Positions 1 to 10,294 of a stretch of DNA of 64,000 nt are shown one piece after another. Position numbers and translations under genes: made by a program. The DNA comes from an uncultured Alphaproteobacteria bacterium (GTDB lineage Bacteria > Pseudomonadota > Alphaproteobacteria > Methylaequorales > Methylaequoraceae), in assembly GCA_964484795.1 (NCBI GenBank), contig CAZAFN010000003.1:789-64788 (forward strand). Direction: 5' to 3'. Under the pieces are notes generated by a model. That model saw only the letters and a program-made list of their open reading frames with translations, was not told the origin of the DNA and made no database searches. Position 1 is the first letter of the stretch. Each line of letters begins with the position of its first letter.

Positions 1-568
1 TGGAAAAATCAATACAGAAGAGGCATTATCAAGAGGTTTTACTGGACCTTGTTTACGTGCTACTGGTCTTGACTGGGATTTGAGAAAGTCTCAACCATAT
101 GATTCTTATGATCAAATAGAATTTAAAATTCCTACTGGAACAAATGGAGATTGTTTTGAAAGATTCTTGGTAAGAATTGAAGAAATGCGTCAATCTATTT
201 TAATTATTAATCAGTGCATTGAAAAATTACCCAAAGGTGAATGTGTGGTAGATGACCCTAGAATTATTCCTCCTAAAAGAAATTTAATGAAATCATCTAT
301 GGAATCTTTAATAAACCACTTTAAATTATTCACTGAGGGTTTTCACGTGCCATCCGGTGAGACTTATACGGCTGTGGAAGCACCTAAAGGAGAGTTTGGT
401 GTTTATCTCATTGCAGACGGAACCAATCGACCATATAGATGTAAAATAAGGGCTCCAGGTTTTGCATTGTTGCAAGCTACTGAATTTTTATCCAAAGGTC
501 ATATGTTATCAGATTTAGTTGCCATCATAGGTAGCTTAGATATTGTATTTGGAGAAATAGATAGATAA
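1..568 (+). CDS. nuoD: NADH-quinone oxidoreductase subunit D (3' part, runs off the window's 5' edge)
   Basis: The open frame (phase from nt 2) reads [29 protein letters not shown] upstream of the track ORF. The C-terminus [28 protein letters not shown]...[10 protein letters not shown] is the canonical NuoD end. It is the first gene of a contiguous nuoD-N block. Confidence 0.95.
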   Translation, partial: GKINTEEALSRGFTGPCLRATGLDWDLRKSQPYDSYDQIEFKIPTGTNGDCFERFLVRIEEMRQSILIINQCIEKLPKGECVVDDPRIIPPKRNLMKSSMESLINHFKLFTEGFHVPSGETYTAVEAPKGEFGVYLIADGTNRPYRCKIRAPGFALLQATEFLSKGHMLSDLVAIIGSLDIVFGEIDR

Positions 569-1158
569 TGGAAAGTAATTTTAAGAAAATAGCTAGAGAT
601 TCTATTCAACCTAAGGAATTTTGCTTTAATAAGGTTAACTTGAAAAAAGCAATGATTTTGGCAAAAATGTATCCAAGTAATTACAAAGAAAGTTCAATAA
701 TGCCATTGTTATCTCTAGCTCAAAATCAAAGTGGTGGATGGCTTCCAAAAAAGGCAATTGAGTACATATCAGTTTTTTTAAAAGTTCCTGAAATTAAAGT
801 GCTTGAATTAGCTACTTTTTATTCAATGTACAATTTATCTCCAGTTGGAAAGCACCATATTGAGGTTTGTACAACAACACCGTGTATGTTGAGAGGAGCC
901 GATTCAATTGTCTTGGCGTGTAAGAAGGAATTAGGAATAGAAAATGGTCAAATAACTAAAGATAAAAACTTTTCACTTAACAAAGTTCAATGTTTAGGAG
1001 CTTGTGTAAATGGCCCGGTTTTGAAAATCAATGAAAATTATTTTGAAGATTTGACTGTAAAATTATTAGAAAACCTGATAATTGATCTTAAAAACAATAA
1101 AAAACTGAAAAAGGGCCCTCAATCAGGCAGAAAAGCTTCTGAACCATTTAAAGTTTAA
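568..1158 (+). CDS. nuoE: NADH-quinone oxidoreductase subunit E (24 kDa, 2Fe-2S)
   Basis: 196 aa with thioredoxin-like 2Fe-2S Cys motifs (CTTTPC ... CLGAC). TAATG overlap with the nuoD stop. Position between nuoD and nuoF. Confidence 0.93.
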   Translation: MESNFKKIARDSIQPKEFCFNKVNLKKAMILAKMYPSNYKESSIMPLLSLAQNQSGGWLPKKAIEYISVFLKVPEIKVLELATFYSMYNLSPVGKHHIEVCTTTPCMLRGADSIVLACKKELGIENGQITKDKNFSLNKVQCLGACVNGPVLKINENYFEDLTVKLLENLIIDLKNNKKLKKGPQSGRKASEPFKV

Positions 1159-1161
1159 TTA

Positions 1162-2436
1162 ATGATTAATAAAAATAACATTATATTTTCAAATCTTTAC
1201 GGACAACAAGATGTAGGAGTTCTTTCAGCAATGAAAAGAGGTGATTGGAAAGGGACTCAAAAGTTTCTTAAGGCAAACCCTCAAGAGATCATTGATACTG
1301 TTAAAGAATCTGGTTTAAGGGGAAGAGGAGGGGCTGGTTTTTCAACTGGATTGAAGTGGGACTTTATGCCAAAGCTAAGTAAGAAACAACATTATTTAGT
1401 AATAAATGCAGATGAAGGCGAACCTGGAACTTGCAAGGACAGAGATATTATCAGAAACGAACCTCACAAAATTATAGAGGGTTGTTTAATAGCTGGATAT
1501 GCAATTGGTGCTTCAAAAGCTTATATTTATATACGTGGAGAATTTTTTAATGAATCTGTTACTTTACAAAATGCTATTGATGAAGCTTATAAAAAAAAAC
1601 TTATTGGAAAAAATGCTTGTGGTTCTAAATTTAATTTTGATATTTATATCCATCATGGTGCTGGAGCTTATGTATGTGGAGAAGAGACTGCATTAATTGA
1701 AAGTTTAGAGGGAAAAAAAGGTCAGCCAAGACTAAAGCCTCCTTTTCCAGCCAACGTGGGTTTATTTGGAATGCCTACAACAGTTAATAATGTTGAAACT
1801 ATAGCAGTCATTCCGTCTATAATGAGAAGAGGGGCTGAGTGGTTTTCAAAATTAGGTAGGAAGAATAATACGGGTTCGAAAATATATTGTATTTCTGGGC
1901 AAGTTAATAATCCTTGTAATGTTGAGGAAGAACTTGGCGTGCCTTTAAAATATTTAATTCAAAAATATGCTGGTGATGTTATTGGAGGTTGGGAAAATCT
2001 TCTGGCTGTAATTCCTGGAGGCTCATCTGTTCCATTAATTCCTAAGCATATTTGCGAAGATGTTCTTATGGATTTTGATTCTCTGAAAAATGTTGGTTCT
2101 GCACTTGGAACTGCTGGTATAATAGTAATAAACAAGGAAACAGACATCATCCAAGCAATTGCAAGGTTATCTGAGTTTTACAAATATGAATCTTGTGGAC
2201 AGTGTACTCCATGTAGAGAAGGAACTGGTTGGTTGATGAGAATGATGAATAGAATTTTGGAAAACAAATGCACGTACGAAGAAGTTGAACTATTAGAAGA
2301 AGTAACCTATCAAATAGAAGGACATACAATTTGTGCACTAGGTGACGCTGCTGCCTGGCCCATACAGGGTTTGCTAAAACACTTTAAAAATAAAATACTA
2401 AGTAGAATAAATAACACAAAAAAATATGTAGCTTAG
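1162..2436 (+). CDS. nuoF: NADH-quinone oxidoreductase subunit F (51 kDa, FMN/NADH site)
   Basis: 424 aa with the [16 protein letters not shown] motif and the [12 protein letters not shown] 4Fe-4S motif. Confidence 0.97.
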   Translation: MINKNNIIFSNLYGQQDVGVLSAMKRGDWKGTQKFLKANPQEIIDTVKESGLRGRGGAGFSTGLKWDFMPKLSKKQHYLVINADEGEPGTCKDRDIIRNEPHKIIEGCLIAGYAIGASKAYIYIRGEFFNESVTLQNAIDEAYKKKLIGKNACGSKFNFDIYIHHGAGAYVCGEETALIESLEGKKGQPRLKPPFPANVGLFGMPTTVNNVETIAVIPSIMRRGAEWFSKLGRKNNTGSKIYCISGQVNNPCNVEEELGVPLKYLIQKYAGDVIGGWENLLAVIPGGSSVPLIPKHICEDVLMDFDSLKNVGSALGTAGIIVINKETDIIQAIARLSEFYKYESCGQCTPCREGTGWLMRMMNRILENKCTYEEVELLEEVTYQIEGHTICALGDAAAWPIQGLLKHFKNKILSRINNTKKYVA

Positions 2437-2438
2437 AA

Positions 2439-4484
2439 ATGACAAAAATTTATGTTAACGATAAAGAAGTTGAGGTTGAGAATGGAATAACTGTGCTTCA
2501 AGCGTGTGAATTGGCTGGTATAGAGATCCCAAGGTTTTGTTATCACGAAAAATTGTCGATTGCTGGCAATTGTCGAATGTGTTTGGTTGAAATGGAAAAC
2601 TCTAACAAACCAATTGCTTCCTGTGCAATGCCTGTTGCAGAAGGAATGAAAATAAAAACTAACAGTCAAATGGTTAGAAAAGCTAGAAAAGGAGTTATGG
2701 AATTTTTATTGATCAACCATCCATTGGATTGTCCCATATGTGATCAGGGAGGTGAGTGTGACTTGCAAGACCAGGCAATGGCTTATGGAAAAGGTTTTAG
2801 TAGGTTTGTTGAACATAAAAGAGCAGTAAAAGATAAGCACCTTGGTCCTTTAATTAAAACGCATATGACAAGATGTATACATTGTACAAGATGTATAAGG
2901 TTTTCTGAAGAGATTGCTGGCAATGATCAATTAGGAGCAATAGGAAGGGGTGAAAATACGGAAATAACAAGTTATTTAGAAAAAACTGTTGATTCAGAGA
3001 TGTCTGGAAATATCATTGATTTGTGCCCTGTAGGAGCGCTTACTTCAAAACCATTTGAGTTTGTGGCTAGGCCCTGGGAGTTAAAGAAAACTAGTAGTAT
3101 TGATCTGTTTGATGCTGTTGGAAGTAATATTAGATTGGATTCTAAGGGGGATAAGATAATGAGAGTTTTACCTAGGATTAATGAACAAATAAATGAAGAA
3201 TGGATTTCTGACAAGACTAGGTTTGCCTATGATGGTTTAAATTATCAAAGGATCGACAAATTTTATTCTAGAGATGGAAATGGTAAACTAAGAGAAAATT
3301 CAGAAGAAAATATTTTAGATATACTAAAATCCAAATTTTCTAATACAGATCCAAATAAAATTTCTTCAGTTGTTGGGAATTCTCTAGACTGTGAATCAAT
3401 ATTTGCATTCAAATTATTCTTGGAGAATATCAAAGCTTTTAATTTTGATTGCCGTCAGGATAATTCATTTTTTTTACCTAAGAAGAGATTTTCATATATT
3501 TTTAACAGTAAAATTTCGGGAATTGATGATTCAGACTTATGCTTGCTTATTGGTACGGATTTAAAAAAAGAAGCTCCCATTATAAACTCACGCTTAAGAC
3601 AAAGACTTCTAAGAGATTTTAATAATTATCCAATACTAAGAGTTGGAAAAAAGTTTCCAGTTAATTTTGATCTAGCTGACATTGGTGAAAATTTCAGATC
3701 TATTAATAGATTGCTAAAAGGAAAGCCTAGATCTTTATTAAATCGATCAAAAAAACCATTATTTATTATTGGACAAGGTCCTCTTTGTAGTAATGATGGT
3801 GAGAATATTTTTAATTTTTGTTTAGATTTATATGAAAAAATTTCAAAAGATTCTAATTGGAATGGATTTAATGTTATGCAAAATTTTTCTGGTAGAGTAG
3901 GTGCTCTAGATCTAGATTTTTATAATACAAAGTTTTTAAAATCTAAAAGTTTGATTGATAACATTTATGCTGGTAAATACGATTTACTATATTTGTTATG
4001 TGCTGATGAGTTGAATGTTGAAAAAATTCCAAAGAAAACATTTGTTATTTACCAAGGACATCATGGAGATAATGCAACAAACAGAGCTGATTTAATTATT
4101 CCAACATCATGTTTTACTGAAAAAGAAGGTATCTATGTAAATTTAGAAGGACGCCCTCAGATTAGTAGGCAGGTTAAACCTCCTTTACCTAATGTTGAGC
4201 ATGCTTGGTTTTTCTTAAAAAAACTCAGCAGAGTTTTGGGAATAAGTGTAAATTACAATAACTTTGAAAACTTAAGAAACTTAATGTTTAATAGATACGA
4301 TTTAATTTCAAAAATAAATGATGTTGTTAATAGTAAATTAGTCAAACCTAAAAAATCAAAATATAAGTTTAGTAATGAACTTATGACTTCAAATATTAAA
4401 AATTTTTATATGACAGATTCGGTTAGCAGAAATTCTCCTACAATGTCTTCTTGTTCGGCAGCATTTCCCGAAAAGAATATTTAA
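2439..4484 (+). CDS. nuoG: NADH-quinone oxidoreductase subunit G (75 kDa)
   Basis: 681 aa with an N-terminal 2Fe-2S motif (CYHEKLSIAGNCRMCLVE) and HPLDCPICDQGGECDLQD plus CIHCTRCIRF cluster motifs. Confidence 0.97.
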   Translation: MTKIYVNDKEVEVENGITVLQACELAGIEIPRFCYHEKLSIAGNCRMCLVEMENSNKPIASCAMPVAEGMKIKTNSQMVRKARKGVMEFLLINHPLDCPICDQGGECDLQDQAMAYGKGFSRFVEHKRAVKDKHLGPLIKTHMTRCIHCTRCIRFSEEIAGNDQLGAIGRGENTEITSYLEKTVDSEMSGNIIDLCPVGALTSKPFEFVARPWELKKTSSIDLFDAVGSNIRLDSKGDKIMRVLPRINEQINEEWISDKTRFAYDGLNYQRIDKFYSRDGNGKLRENSEENILDILKSKFSNTDPNKISSVVGNSLDCESIFAFKLFLENIKAFNFDCRQDNSFFLPKKRFSYIFNSKISGIDDSDLCLLIGTDLKKEAPIINSRLRQRLLRDFNNYPILRVGKKFPVNFDLADIGENFRSINRLLKGKPRSLLNRSKKPLFIIGQGPLCSNDGENIFNFCLDLYEKISKDSNWNGFNVMQNFSGRVGALDLDFYNTKFLKSKSLIDNIYAGKYDLLYLLCADELNVEKIPKKTFVIYQGHHGDNATNRADLIIPTSCFTEKEGIYVNLEGRPQISRQVKPPLPNVEHAWFFLKKLSRVLGISVNYNNFENLRNLMFNRYDLISKINDVVNSKLVKPKKSKYKFSNELMTSNIKNFYMTDSVSRNSPTMSSCSAAFPEKNI

Positions 4485-4500
4485 TTATTGATAGATAAAA

Positions 4501-5493
4501 ATGCTATTTGAAATTTTATATATTATCTTAAAGATTTTCCTTATCATTATTCCAATTCTTTTTTTTATTGCATATCTAACATATTTTGAACGAAAAGTTA
4601 TAGGGGCTATTCAATTAAGGAAGGGTCCAAATGTGGTTGGTCCTTTTGGTTTATTTCAACCTTTTGCAGATGGAATTAAGCTTCTGACTAAAGAAACGAT
4701 ATTTCCTGAGCATTCTAATAAATTTATTTTTATTTTAGCTCCGATGATTACTTTTGCCTTAGCATTGTTAGCATGGGCAGTGATTCCAATTGATTATAGG
4801 ATAGTGTTGTCAGATATTAATGTAGGGATAATGTATATTTTTGCAATCTCATCATTAGGTATTTATGGAATAATTATGGCAGGTTGGGCGAGTAATTCTA
4901 GATATGCTTTTTTAGGCGCATTGAGATCAGCTGCACAAATGATTTCTTATGAAGTTTCCATAGGTTTGATAATCATCTCCATACTTTTGACAACTGGCAG
5001 TTTAAATTTAACTGAGATAGTTTTAAGTCAAGAAAATTTTTGGTTTTTAATTCCACATTTTCCAATGTTTGTTATATTTTTTATTTCCACTCTCGCAGAA
5101 ACGAACCGTGCTCCATTTGATTTGCCAGAAGCAGAATCTGAGTTGGTGGCAGGGTATAATGTTGAATATTCATCTATGTCTTTTGGTTTATTTTTTCTTG
5201 GTGAGTATGGGAATATGATATTGATGAGTTCTATGTCAACCATTCTTTTTCTTGGAGGGTGGTTGCCTCCATTTGATTTTGATATTTTATATTTAATTCC
5301 TGGTTATATTTGGTTTTTAATTAAAGTCTGTTCTTTACTCTTTGTTTTTTTGTGGGTTAGAGCTTCTTTACCAAGATATAGGTATGACCAACTAATGTCT
5401 TTAGGTTGGAAGTTATTTCTTCCTTTATCTCTTCTTTGGATTATAATTACGTCTACGGTGATTTTTTTTTTAGATAATTATTACACATTATGA
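4501..5493 (+). CDS. nuoH: NADH-quinone oxidoreductase subunit H
   Basis: 330 aa polytopic membrane protein with the [25 protein letters not shown] signature. Confidence 0.97.
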   Translation: MLFEILYIILKIFLIIIPILFFIAYLTYFERKVIGAIQLRKGPNVVGPFGLFQPFADGIKLLTKETIFPEHSNKFIFILAPMITFALALLAWAVIPIDYRIVLSDINVGIMYIFAISSLGIYGIIMAGWASNSRYAFLGALRSAAQMISYEVSIGLIIISILLTTGSLNLTEIVLSQENFWFLIPHFPMFVIFFISTLAETNRAPFDLPEAESELVAGYNVEYSSMSFGLFFLGEYGNMILMSSMSTILFLGGWLPPFDFDILYLIPGYIWFLIKVCSLLFVFLWVRASLPRYRYDQLMSLGWKLFLPLSLLWIIITSTVIFFLDNYYTL

Positions 5494-5987
5494 GGAAAAT
5501 AAAAAAAATTATTTTTGTAATTAAAGAGTTTTTTCTTCTTGAAATACTTTCTGGTTTGTTTTTGACACTCAAGCATTTTTTTAAACCAAAAGTTACTATT
5601 AATTATCCTTTTGAAAAGGGTTTTTTAAGTTCAAGGTTTAGAGGTGAGCATGCCTTAAGACGATATGAGTCAGGAGAGGAAAGATGTATTGCTTGCAAAC
5701 TTTGTGAAGCCGTATGCCCGGCACAAGCAATAACCATAGACGCTGAACCAAGAAAAGATGGTTCAAGACGAACAACAAGGTATGATATAGATATGACAAA
5801 GTGCATTTACTGTGGTTATTGTCAGGAATCGTGTCCAGTTGATGCAATTGTTGAAGGACCAAACTTTGAATTTGCTACTGAAACAAGAGAAGAATTAATA
5901 TATGATAAAGCAAAGCTTTTAGAAAATGGAGACAGATGGGAATTGGAAATCTCTAAAAACTTAGAGAAGGAATCCAAGTATTTATAA
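5490..5987 (+). CDS. nuoI: NADH-quinone oxidoreductase subunit I (2x 4Fe-4S ferredoxin)
   Basis: 165 aa with two CxxCxxCxxxCP motifs ([24 protein letters not shown]). ATGA overlap with nuoH. Confidence 0.97.
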   Translation: MRKIKKIIFVIKEFFLLEILSGLFLTLKHFFKPKVTINYPFEKGFLSSRFRGEHALRRYESGEERCIACKLCEAVCPAQAITIDAEPRKDGSRRTTRYDIDMTKCIYCGYCQESCPVDAIVEGPNFEFATETREELIYDKAKLLENGDRWELEISKNLEKESKYL

Positions 5988-6568
5988 TGTTAATACTATT
6001 TTACTTCTTTTCATTTGTTTTAATTTTGTCGAGTTTGTTTGTTGTTTTTTCTTCTAATCCTGTTCATTCTGTTTTGTTTTTAATTTTTACGTTTTTTAAT
6101 GCTGCAGTTATTTTTCTTTTATCTAATGCGGAGTTTTTAGCTATGACTTTATTAATTGTTTATGTGGGTGCTGTTGCTGTTTTATTTTTATTTGTTGTTA
6201 TGATGTTGAATATTAATGAAGTGATCTTAAAGGAAGGGTTTCTTAAATACTTCCCTTTTGGAATGTTGTTGATCTCAATTTTCTTAATAGAACTATTAAT
6301 GATTTTTAATAATACAGATTTTTCTCAGGCAATTGGTATGGGAATAAATATTAATGAGTTAATTGCTAGTGGAAATGAGAACACAAAATCAATTGGTTTA
6401 TTTTTGTACACAGACTTTTTTATAATTTTTCAAATTTCTGGTTTTATGTTGCTTGTAGCTATGATTGGAGCTATTGTTTTGGCTCATGATGAAAATTATA
6501 ATTTAAAAAGACAGAATCCACTAAATCAAAAAATTTTAAACAAAAAAGATGTTATAAAACTCAATTAA
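5987..6568 (+). CDS. nuoJ: NADH-quinone oxidoreductase subunit J
   Basis: 193 aa hydrophobic protein in the conserved slot between nuoI and nuoK. TAATG overlap with nuoI. Confidence 0.9.
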   Translation: MLILFYFFSFVLILSSLFVVFSSNPVHSVLFLIFTFFNAAVIFLLSNAEFLAMTLLIVYVGAVAVLFLFVVMMLNINEVILKEGFLKYFPFGMLLISIFLIELLMIFNNTDFSQAIGMGININELIASGNENTKSIGLFLYTDFFIIFQISGFMLLVAMIGAIVLAHDENYNLKRQNPLNQKILNKKDVIKLN

Positions 6569-6572
6569 TTTT

Positions 6573-6875
6573 ATGGATTCACATCATTTCTTAATTTTAT
6601 CAACCTTAATTTTTTCTATTGGCTTTCTTGGAATTTTCATAAATAGGAAAAATATTATAACAATCTTAATGTCTATTGAATTAATGTTGTTGGCTGCAAG
6701 CATCAACTTTATCGGTTTTTCATACATTCTTAATGACTTGTTTGGACAAATTTTTGCACTTTTTATTCTTGTTGTTGCAGCTGCTGAAGCTGCTATTGGT
6801 CTTGCAATTTTGACAATATTTTTTAAGAAATCTGGTTCAATTAGTATTGATATAATAAGTAGATTGAAAGGATGA
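6573..6875 (+). CDS. nuoK: NADH-quinone oxidoreductase subunit K
   Basis: 100 aa, three predicted TM helices, with the VVAAAEAAIGLAIL motif typical of NuoK. Confidence 0.93.
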   Translation: MDSHHFLILSTLIFSIGFLGIFINRKNIITILMSIELMLLAASINFIGFSYILNDLFGQIFALFILVVAAAEAAIGLAILTIFFKKSGSISIDIISRLKG

Positions 6876-6879
6876 AAAA

Positions 6880-8802
6880 TTGTTTCTTTTTGCAATATTC
6901 CTACCACTGATAAGTTTTTTTATATGTGTTTTTTTTAATAATTATACAAAATCATCTCATCTAAATCTAATTTCTTGTTTTTTATTAATTCTTTCAACAA
7001 TTGCATCTTTATTTTCAATTATTTCTTTTCAATCAAATGGTCCAAACACATATGTATTAGGTAATTGGATTGTTTCAGGGAGTCTTAATGTAGATTGGTC
7101 AATTCAGATGAATTTATTAAGCAGTTCAATGGTATTGATGGTAAATTTTGTTTCAACTTTAATTCATATTTATTCAGTTGGTTATATGAATAATGACTCT
7201 AGAAAAATTATTTTTATGGGTTATTTAGGTTTGTTCACTTTTTTCATGTTATTTTTAGTGTCATCATCAAACTTAGTTCAACTTTTTTTAGGATGGGAAG
7301 GAGTTGGTTTAACATCATATTTATTGATTGGTTTTTGGAGTTATAAGGCAAGTGCTAATAATGCTGCACTTAAAGCGTTTGTAGTAAATAGAGTAGGTGA
7401 TTTTTGCTTATTGATAGCACTGTTTACTTTGTTTATTGTTTTTGGGACTTTGAATGTTAATGAGATAATGATCTTGTTAAACTCTCATTTTGATTCAAAT
7501 TTTAGTTTTCTTGGTTTTGACATTCATGCAATAACAATAATCACTATTTTGCTTTTTATTGGTTGTATGGGTAAGTCTGCTCAATTCGGTCTTCATGTTT
7601 GGTTACCTGATGCAATGGAAGGTCCTACGCCTGTTTCTGCATTGATACATGCGGCTACTATGGTAACCGCCGGAGTTTTTCTTTTAATCTTAGTATCCCC
7701 TTTGCTTGAAGCTTCTGGATTAACCAGAAACTTGATTTTAATTATTGGTTCATTGACTTGTATTTTTGCTTCATCTGTTGCAATTTTTCAAAATGACATA
7801 AAAAGAATCATAGCATATTCAACATGCAGTCAACTTGGATATATGTTTATGTCAATTGGAGTGTCAGCATATTCAATTGCTTATTTTCATTTGCTTTCTC
7901 ATGCTTTTTTTAAAGCCTTGCTTTTCCTAGGTGCTGGCTCGGTAATTCATTCTATGTCAGATGAACAGAATATAAAGAAGATGGGCGGCTTATATAGTAA
8001 GATCCCAGTTACCTATATATGCATGCTGATTGGTTCATGTTCATTAATTGGGCTACCATTTTTTAGTGGTTATTACTCAAAAGATCTGATATTGGAATTT
8101 ATTTATCTAGGTGAGACAACATTTAATAGCTATGTTTTTTTTATTGGAATTTTGGGAGTGTTTTTTACTACAATTTATTCTACAAGATTGATTATTCATG
8201 TTTTTCATGGAAAAAATTTGTCTGATGAAAAAGTTTTTGCCCATATTCATGAGTCTTCTGCCATTATGATAGTTCCATTAGTTATTTTGGCAGTTTTTGC
8301 AATTTTTTATGGAATGATCTCACACCATTACTTTTTAGACAAAAATTATTTAAATATGTGGTCACAAATAATTTTTGTAAATAAAGAATTGAATGAGAAT
8401 TATGTTTTAGAAAACATTCCAACTCTTTTCAGAAAACTTCCTTTATTGGTAATATCTTTAGGATTGGTAATGTGTTTTTGTTTATATTTTGCTTTTAGAA
8501 AATTTCCATCTTATCTAAGGAGTAGGTTTAGTATATTTTGTAGTTTTTTTACAAACAAATGGTTTATAGATGAAATTTATAAAGTTTTGTTGATAAAACC
8601 TATATTATATTTAGGTAAAGGTTTTTGGAAGTCAATTGACATCGATTTGATAGATAATTTGGGTCCTAACGGTATCACAAGAGTTGTGAGATCATCGGGT
8701 CTGTGGGTGTCAAGACTACAATCAGGTTATTTGTATCATTATGTTTTATCAGTTGTCATTGGACTAACTCTGTTTCTAAGTCTTTATATATATATATTCT
8801 AA
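6880..8802 (+). CDS. nuoL: NADH-quinone oxidoreductase subunit L (antiporter-like)
   Basis: 640 aa with the WLPDAMEGPTPVSALIHAATMV motif. Apparent TTG start 4 nt after the nuoK stop. Confidence 0.95.
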   Translation: MFLFAIFLPLISFFICVFFNNYTKSSHLNLISCFLLILSTIASLFSIISFQSNGPNTYVLGNWIVSGSLNVDWSIQMNLLSSSMVLMVNFVSTLIHIYSVGYMNNDSRKIIFMGYLGLFTFFMLFLVSSSNLVQLFLGWEGVGLTSYLLIGFWSYKASANNAALKAFVVNRVGDFCLLIALFTLFIVFGTLNVNEIMILLNSHFDSNFSFLGFDIHAITIITILLFIGCMGKSAQFGLHVWLPDAMEGPTPVSALIHAATMVTAGVFLLILVSPLLEASGLTRNLILIIGSLTCIFASSVAIFQNDIKRIIAYSTCSQLGYMFMSIGVSAYSIAYFHLLSHAFFKALLFLGAGSVIHSMSDEQNIKKMGGLYSKIPVTYICMLIGSCSLIGLPFFSGYYSKDLILEFIYLGETTFNSYVFFIGILGVFFTTIYSTRLIIHVFHGKNLSDEKVFAHIHESSAIMIVPLVILAVFAIFYGMISHHYFLDKNYLNMWSQIIFVNKELNENYVLENIPTLFRKLPLLVISLGLVMCFCLYFAFRKFPSYLRSRFSIFCSFFTNKWFIDEIYKVLLIKPILYLGKGFWKSIDIDLIDNLGPNGITRVVRSSGLWVSRLQSGYLYHYVLSVVIGLTLFLSLYIYIF

Positions 8803-10283
8803 TGTTAAACCTACCCATTTTACCAATACTTATAATACTTCCACTATTTGGGCTTGTTTTTATTTTATTCTCTTCTGAAGTTGATGAATTTGCTAAGCAA
8901 GCTAAGAAATCAGCTTTATGGACCACTGCAAGTACTTTTTTCTTATCTCTATATTTGCCATTAAATTTTGAAAAAGATATTCCACATTTTCAATTTGTAA
9001 ATTCATTTAATTGGTTTAATAGTGAAAATATTAGATTTTCGCTTGGTGTTGATGGAATATCTATGCCCTTCATCATATTGACAACTTTCTTGGTTTTGGT
9101 TTGTATGATATTTATTTTTCCACAAAGCAAGAAAAAAATGCGAATGTATCTATGTTCTTTCTTGTTATTAGAATCTTTTCTTATCGGCACATTTAGTGCA
9201 ATAGATCTTTTTTCATTTTACATCTTTTTTGAATCAATTCTTATTCCAATGTACTTGATTATTGGTTTTTGGGGAGGAGAAAGAAGAATTTATTCGGCTT
9301 ACAAATTTTTCCTGTATACATTGCTCGGATCAGTTCTAATGTTAATTGCAATAATTTTTCTATACCAAGAATTTGGAACTACAAGTATACCTAAATTATT
9401 AGATTATACATTGCCTTTTTACATTCAATCCTGGTTATGGCTTGCTTTTTTTTCTTCTTTTGCTGTAAAAATTCCTATGTGGCCATTCCATACATGGTTA
9501 CCAGATGCTCATGTTGAAGCACCTACAGAAGGTTCAGTTATATTGGCAGGTATTTTATTAAAACTAGGTGGATATGGTTTTATAAGATTTAATCTTTCAA
9601 TTCTTCCTGATGCATCGATATTTTTTACACCTTTTGTTTATTTTCTTTCTGTTGTTGCAGTAATATATACTTCCTTTATTGCTCTTGTCCAAGAAGATAT
9701 GAAAAAACTTATTGCCTATTCTTCTGTTGCTCATATGGGCTTTGTTACGCTTGGAATTTTTTCCGCTAATATCCAAGGTTTGCATGGTGCAATAATACAA
9801 ATGATTTCTCATGGCGTTATTTCTGCTGCATTATTCTTTTCAATTGGTTCAATTTATAATAGGTTTCAGACTAAGGAAATTGTTTTTTTTGGAGGTTTGG
9901 CCTTTAAAATGCCAAAGTTTTCAGTATTTTTTTTAATATTTTCTTTAAGTGCCATTGGATTTCCAGGCACTTCTGGGTTTGTTGGTGAATTTCTAACGTT
10001 ACTTTCTGCATATAGCAAAAACACATTGGTAGCAGTTTTATCTTCAACTGGAGTAATATTAGCAGCAGCATATATGCTGTTATTATATAAGAATGTATTT
10101 CTTGGAGAAATTAGTAATAATTTAGAACGAAAGATTGATGATCTAAAAATAAGTGAAACTTTTACATTTGTAATGTTATCGATTGTAATATTTGTAATTG
10201 GTATTAAACCTAATATTATTTTGGATTATACTACTTCATCTTTAGATAGAATTATAAAACTTTACCCAATTTCAATTTATTAA
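8802..10283 (+). CDS. nuoM: NADH-quinone oxidoreductase subunit M (antiporter-like)
   Basis: Contains the WLPDAHVEAPTEGSVILAG motif. I place the start at ATG 8802 (TAATG overlap with the nuoL stop, N-terminus MLNLPILPIL). The track start at 8703 would overlap nuoL by 100 nt. Confidence 0.93.
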   Translation: MLNLPILPILIILPLFGLVFILFSSEVDEFAKQAKKSALWTTASTFFLSLYLPLNFEKDIPHFQFVNSFNWFNSENIRFSLGVDGISMPFIILTTFLVLVCMIFIFPQSKKKMRMYLCSFLLLESFLIGTFSAIDLFSFYIFFESILIPMYLIIGFWGGERRIYSAYKFFLYTLLGSVLMLIAIIFLYQEFGTTSIPKLLDYTLPFYIQSWLWLAFFSSFAVKIPMWPFHTWLPDAHVEAPTEGSVILAGILLKLGGYGFIRFNLSILPDASIFFTPFVYFLSVVAVIYTSFIALVQEDMKKLIAYSSVAHMGFVTLGIFSANIQGLHGAIIQMISHGVISAALFFSIGSIYNRFQTKEIVFFGGLAFKMPKFSVFFLIFSLSAIGFPGTSGFVGEFLTLLSAYSKNTLVAVLSSTGVILAAAYMLLLYKNVFLGEISNNLERKIDDLKISETFTFVMLSIVIFVIGIKPNIILDYTTSSLDRIIKLYPISIY

Positions 10284-10294
10284 ATGAGTTTATT

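Noticed and set aside
6584-6907. Antisense or alternate-frame ORFs in the track: 1499-1696, 1959-2150, 2147-2338, 2433-2669, 2972-3214, 6584-6907, 26918-27253, 39841-40221, 42533-42832, 43750-44097, 44488-44841, 45576-45976, 63096-63419, 63686-63946 and the other 60-126 aa entries
   Set aside because: Each lies wholly inside a confidently identified gene on the other strand or in another frame. Their translations are low-complexity (Ile/Phe/Lys/Ser-rich) with no recognisable motifs. Long spurious ORFs are expected opposite AT-rich coding DNA.
8703-8801. The long 5' extensions in the track for nuoM (8703), birA (11685), pyrH (23779), cdsA (25766), lpxI (34152) and moeA (40679)
   Set aside because: The extensions overlap the upstream gene by 14-100 nt and translate to non-conserved sequence. 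In each case an ATG or TTG at or just after the upstream stop gives an N-terminus typical of the family.
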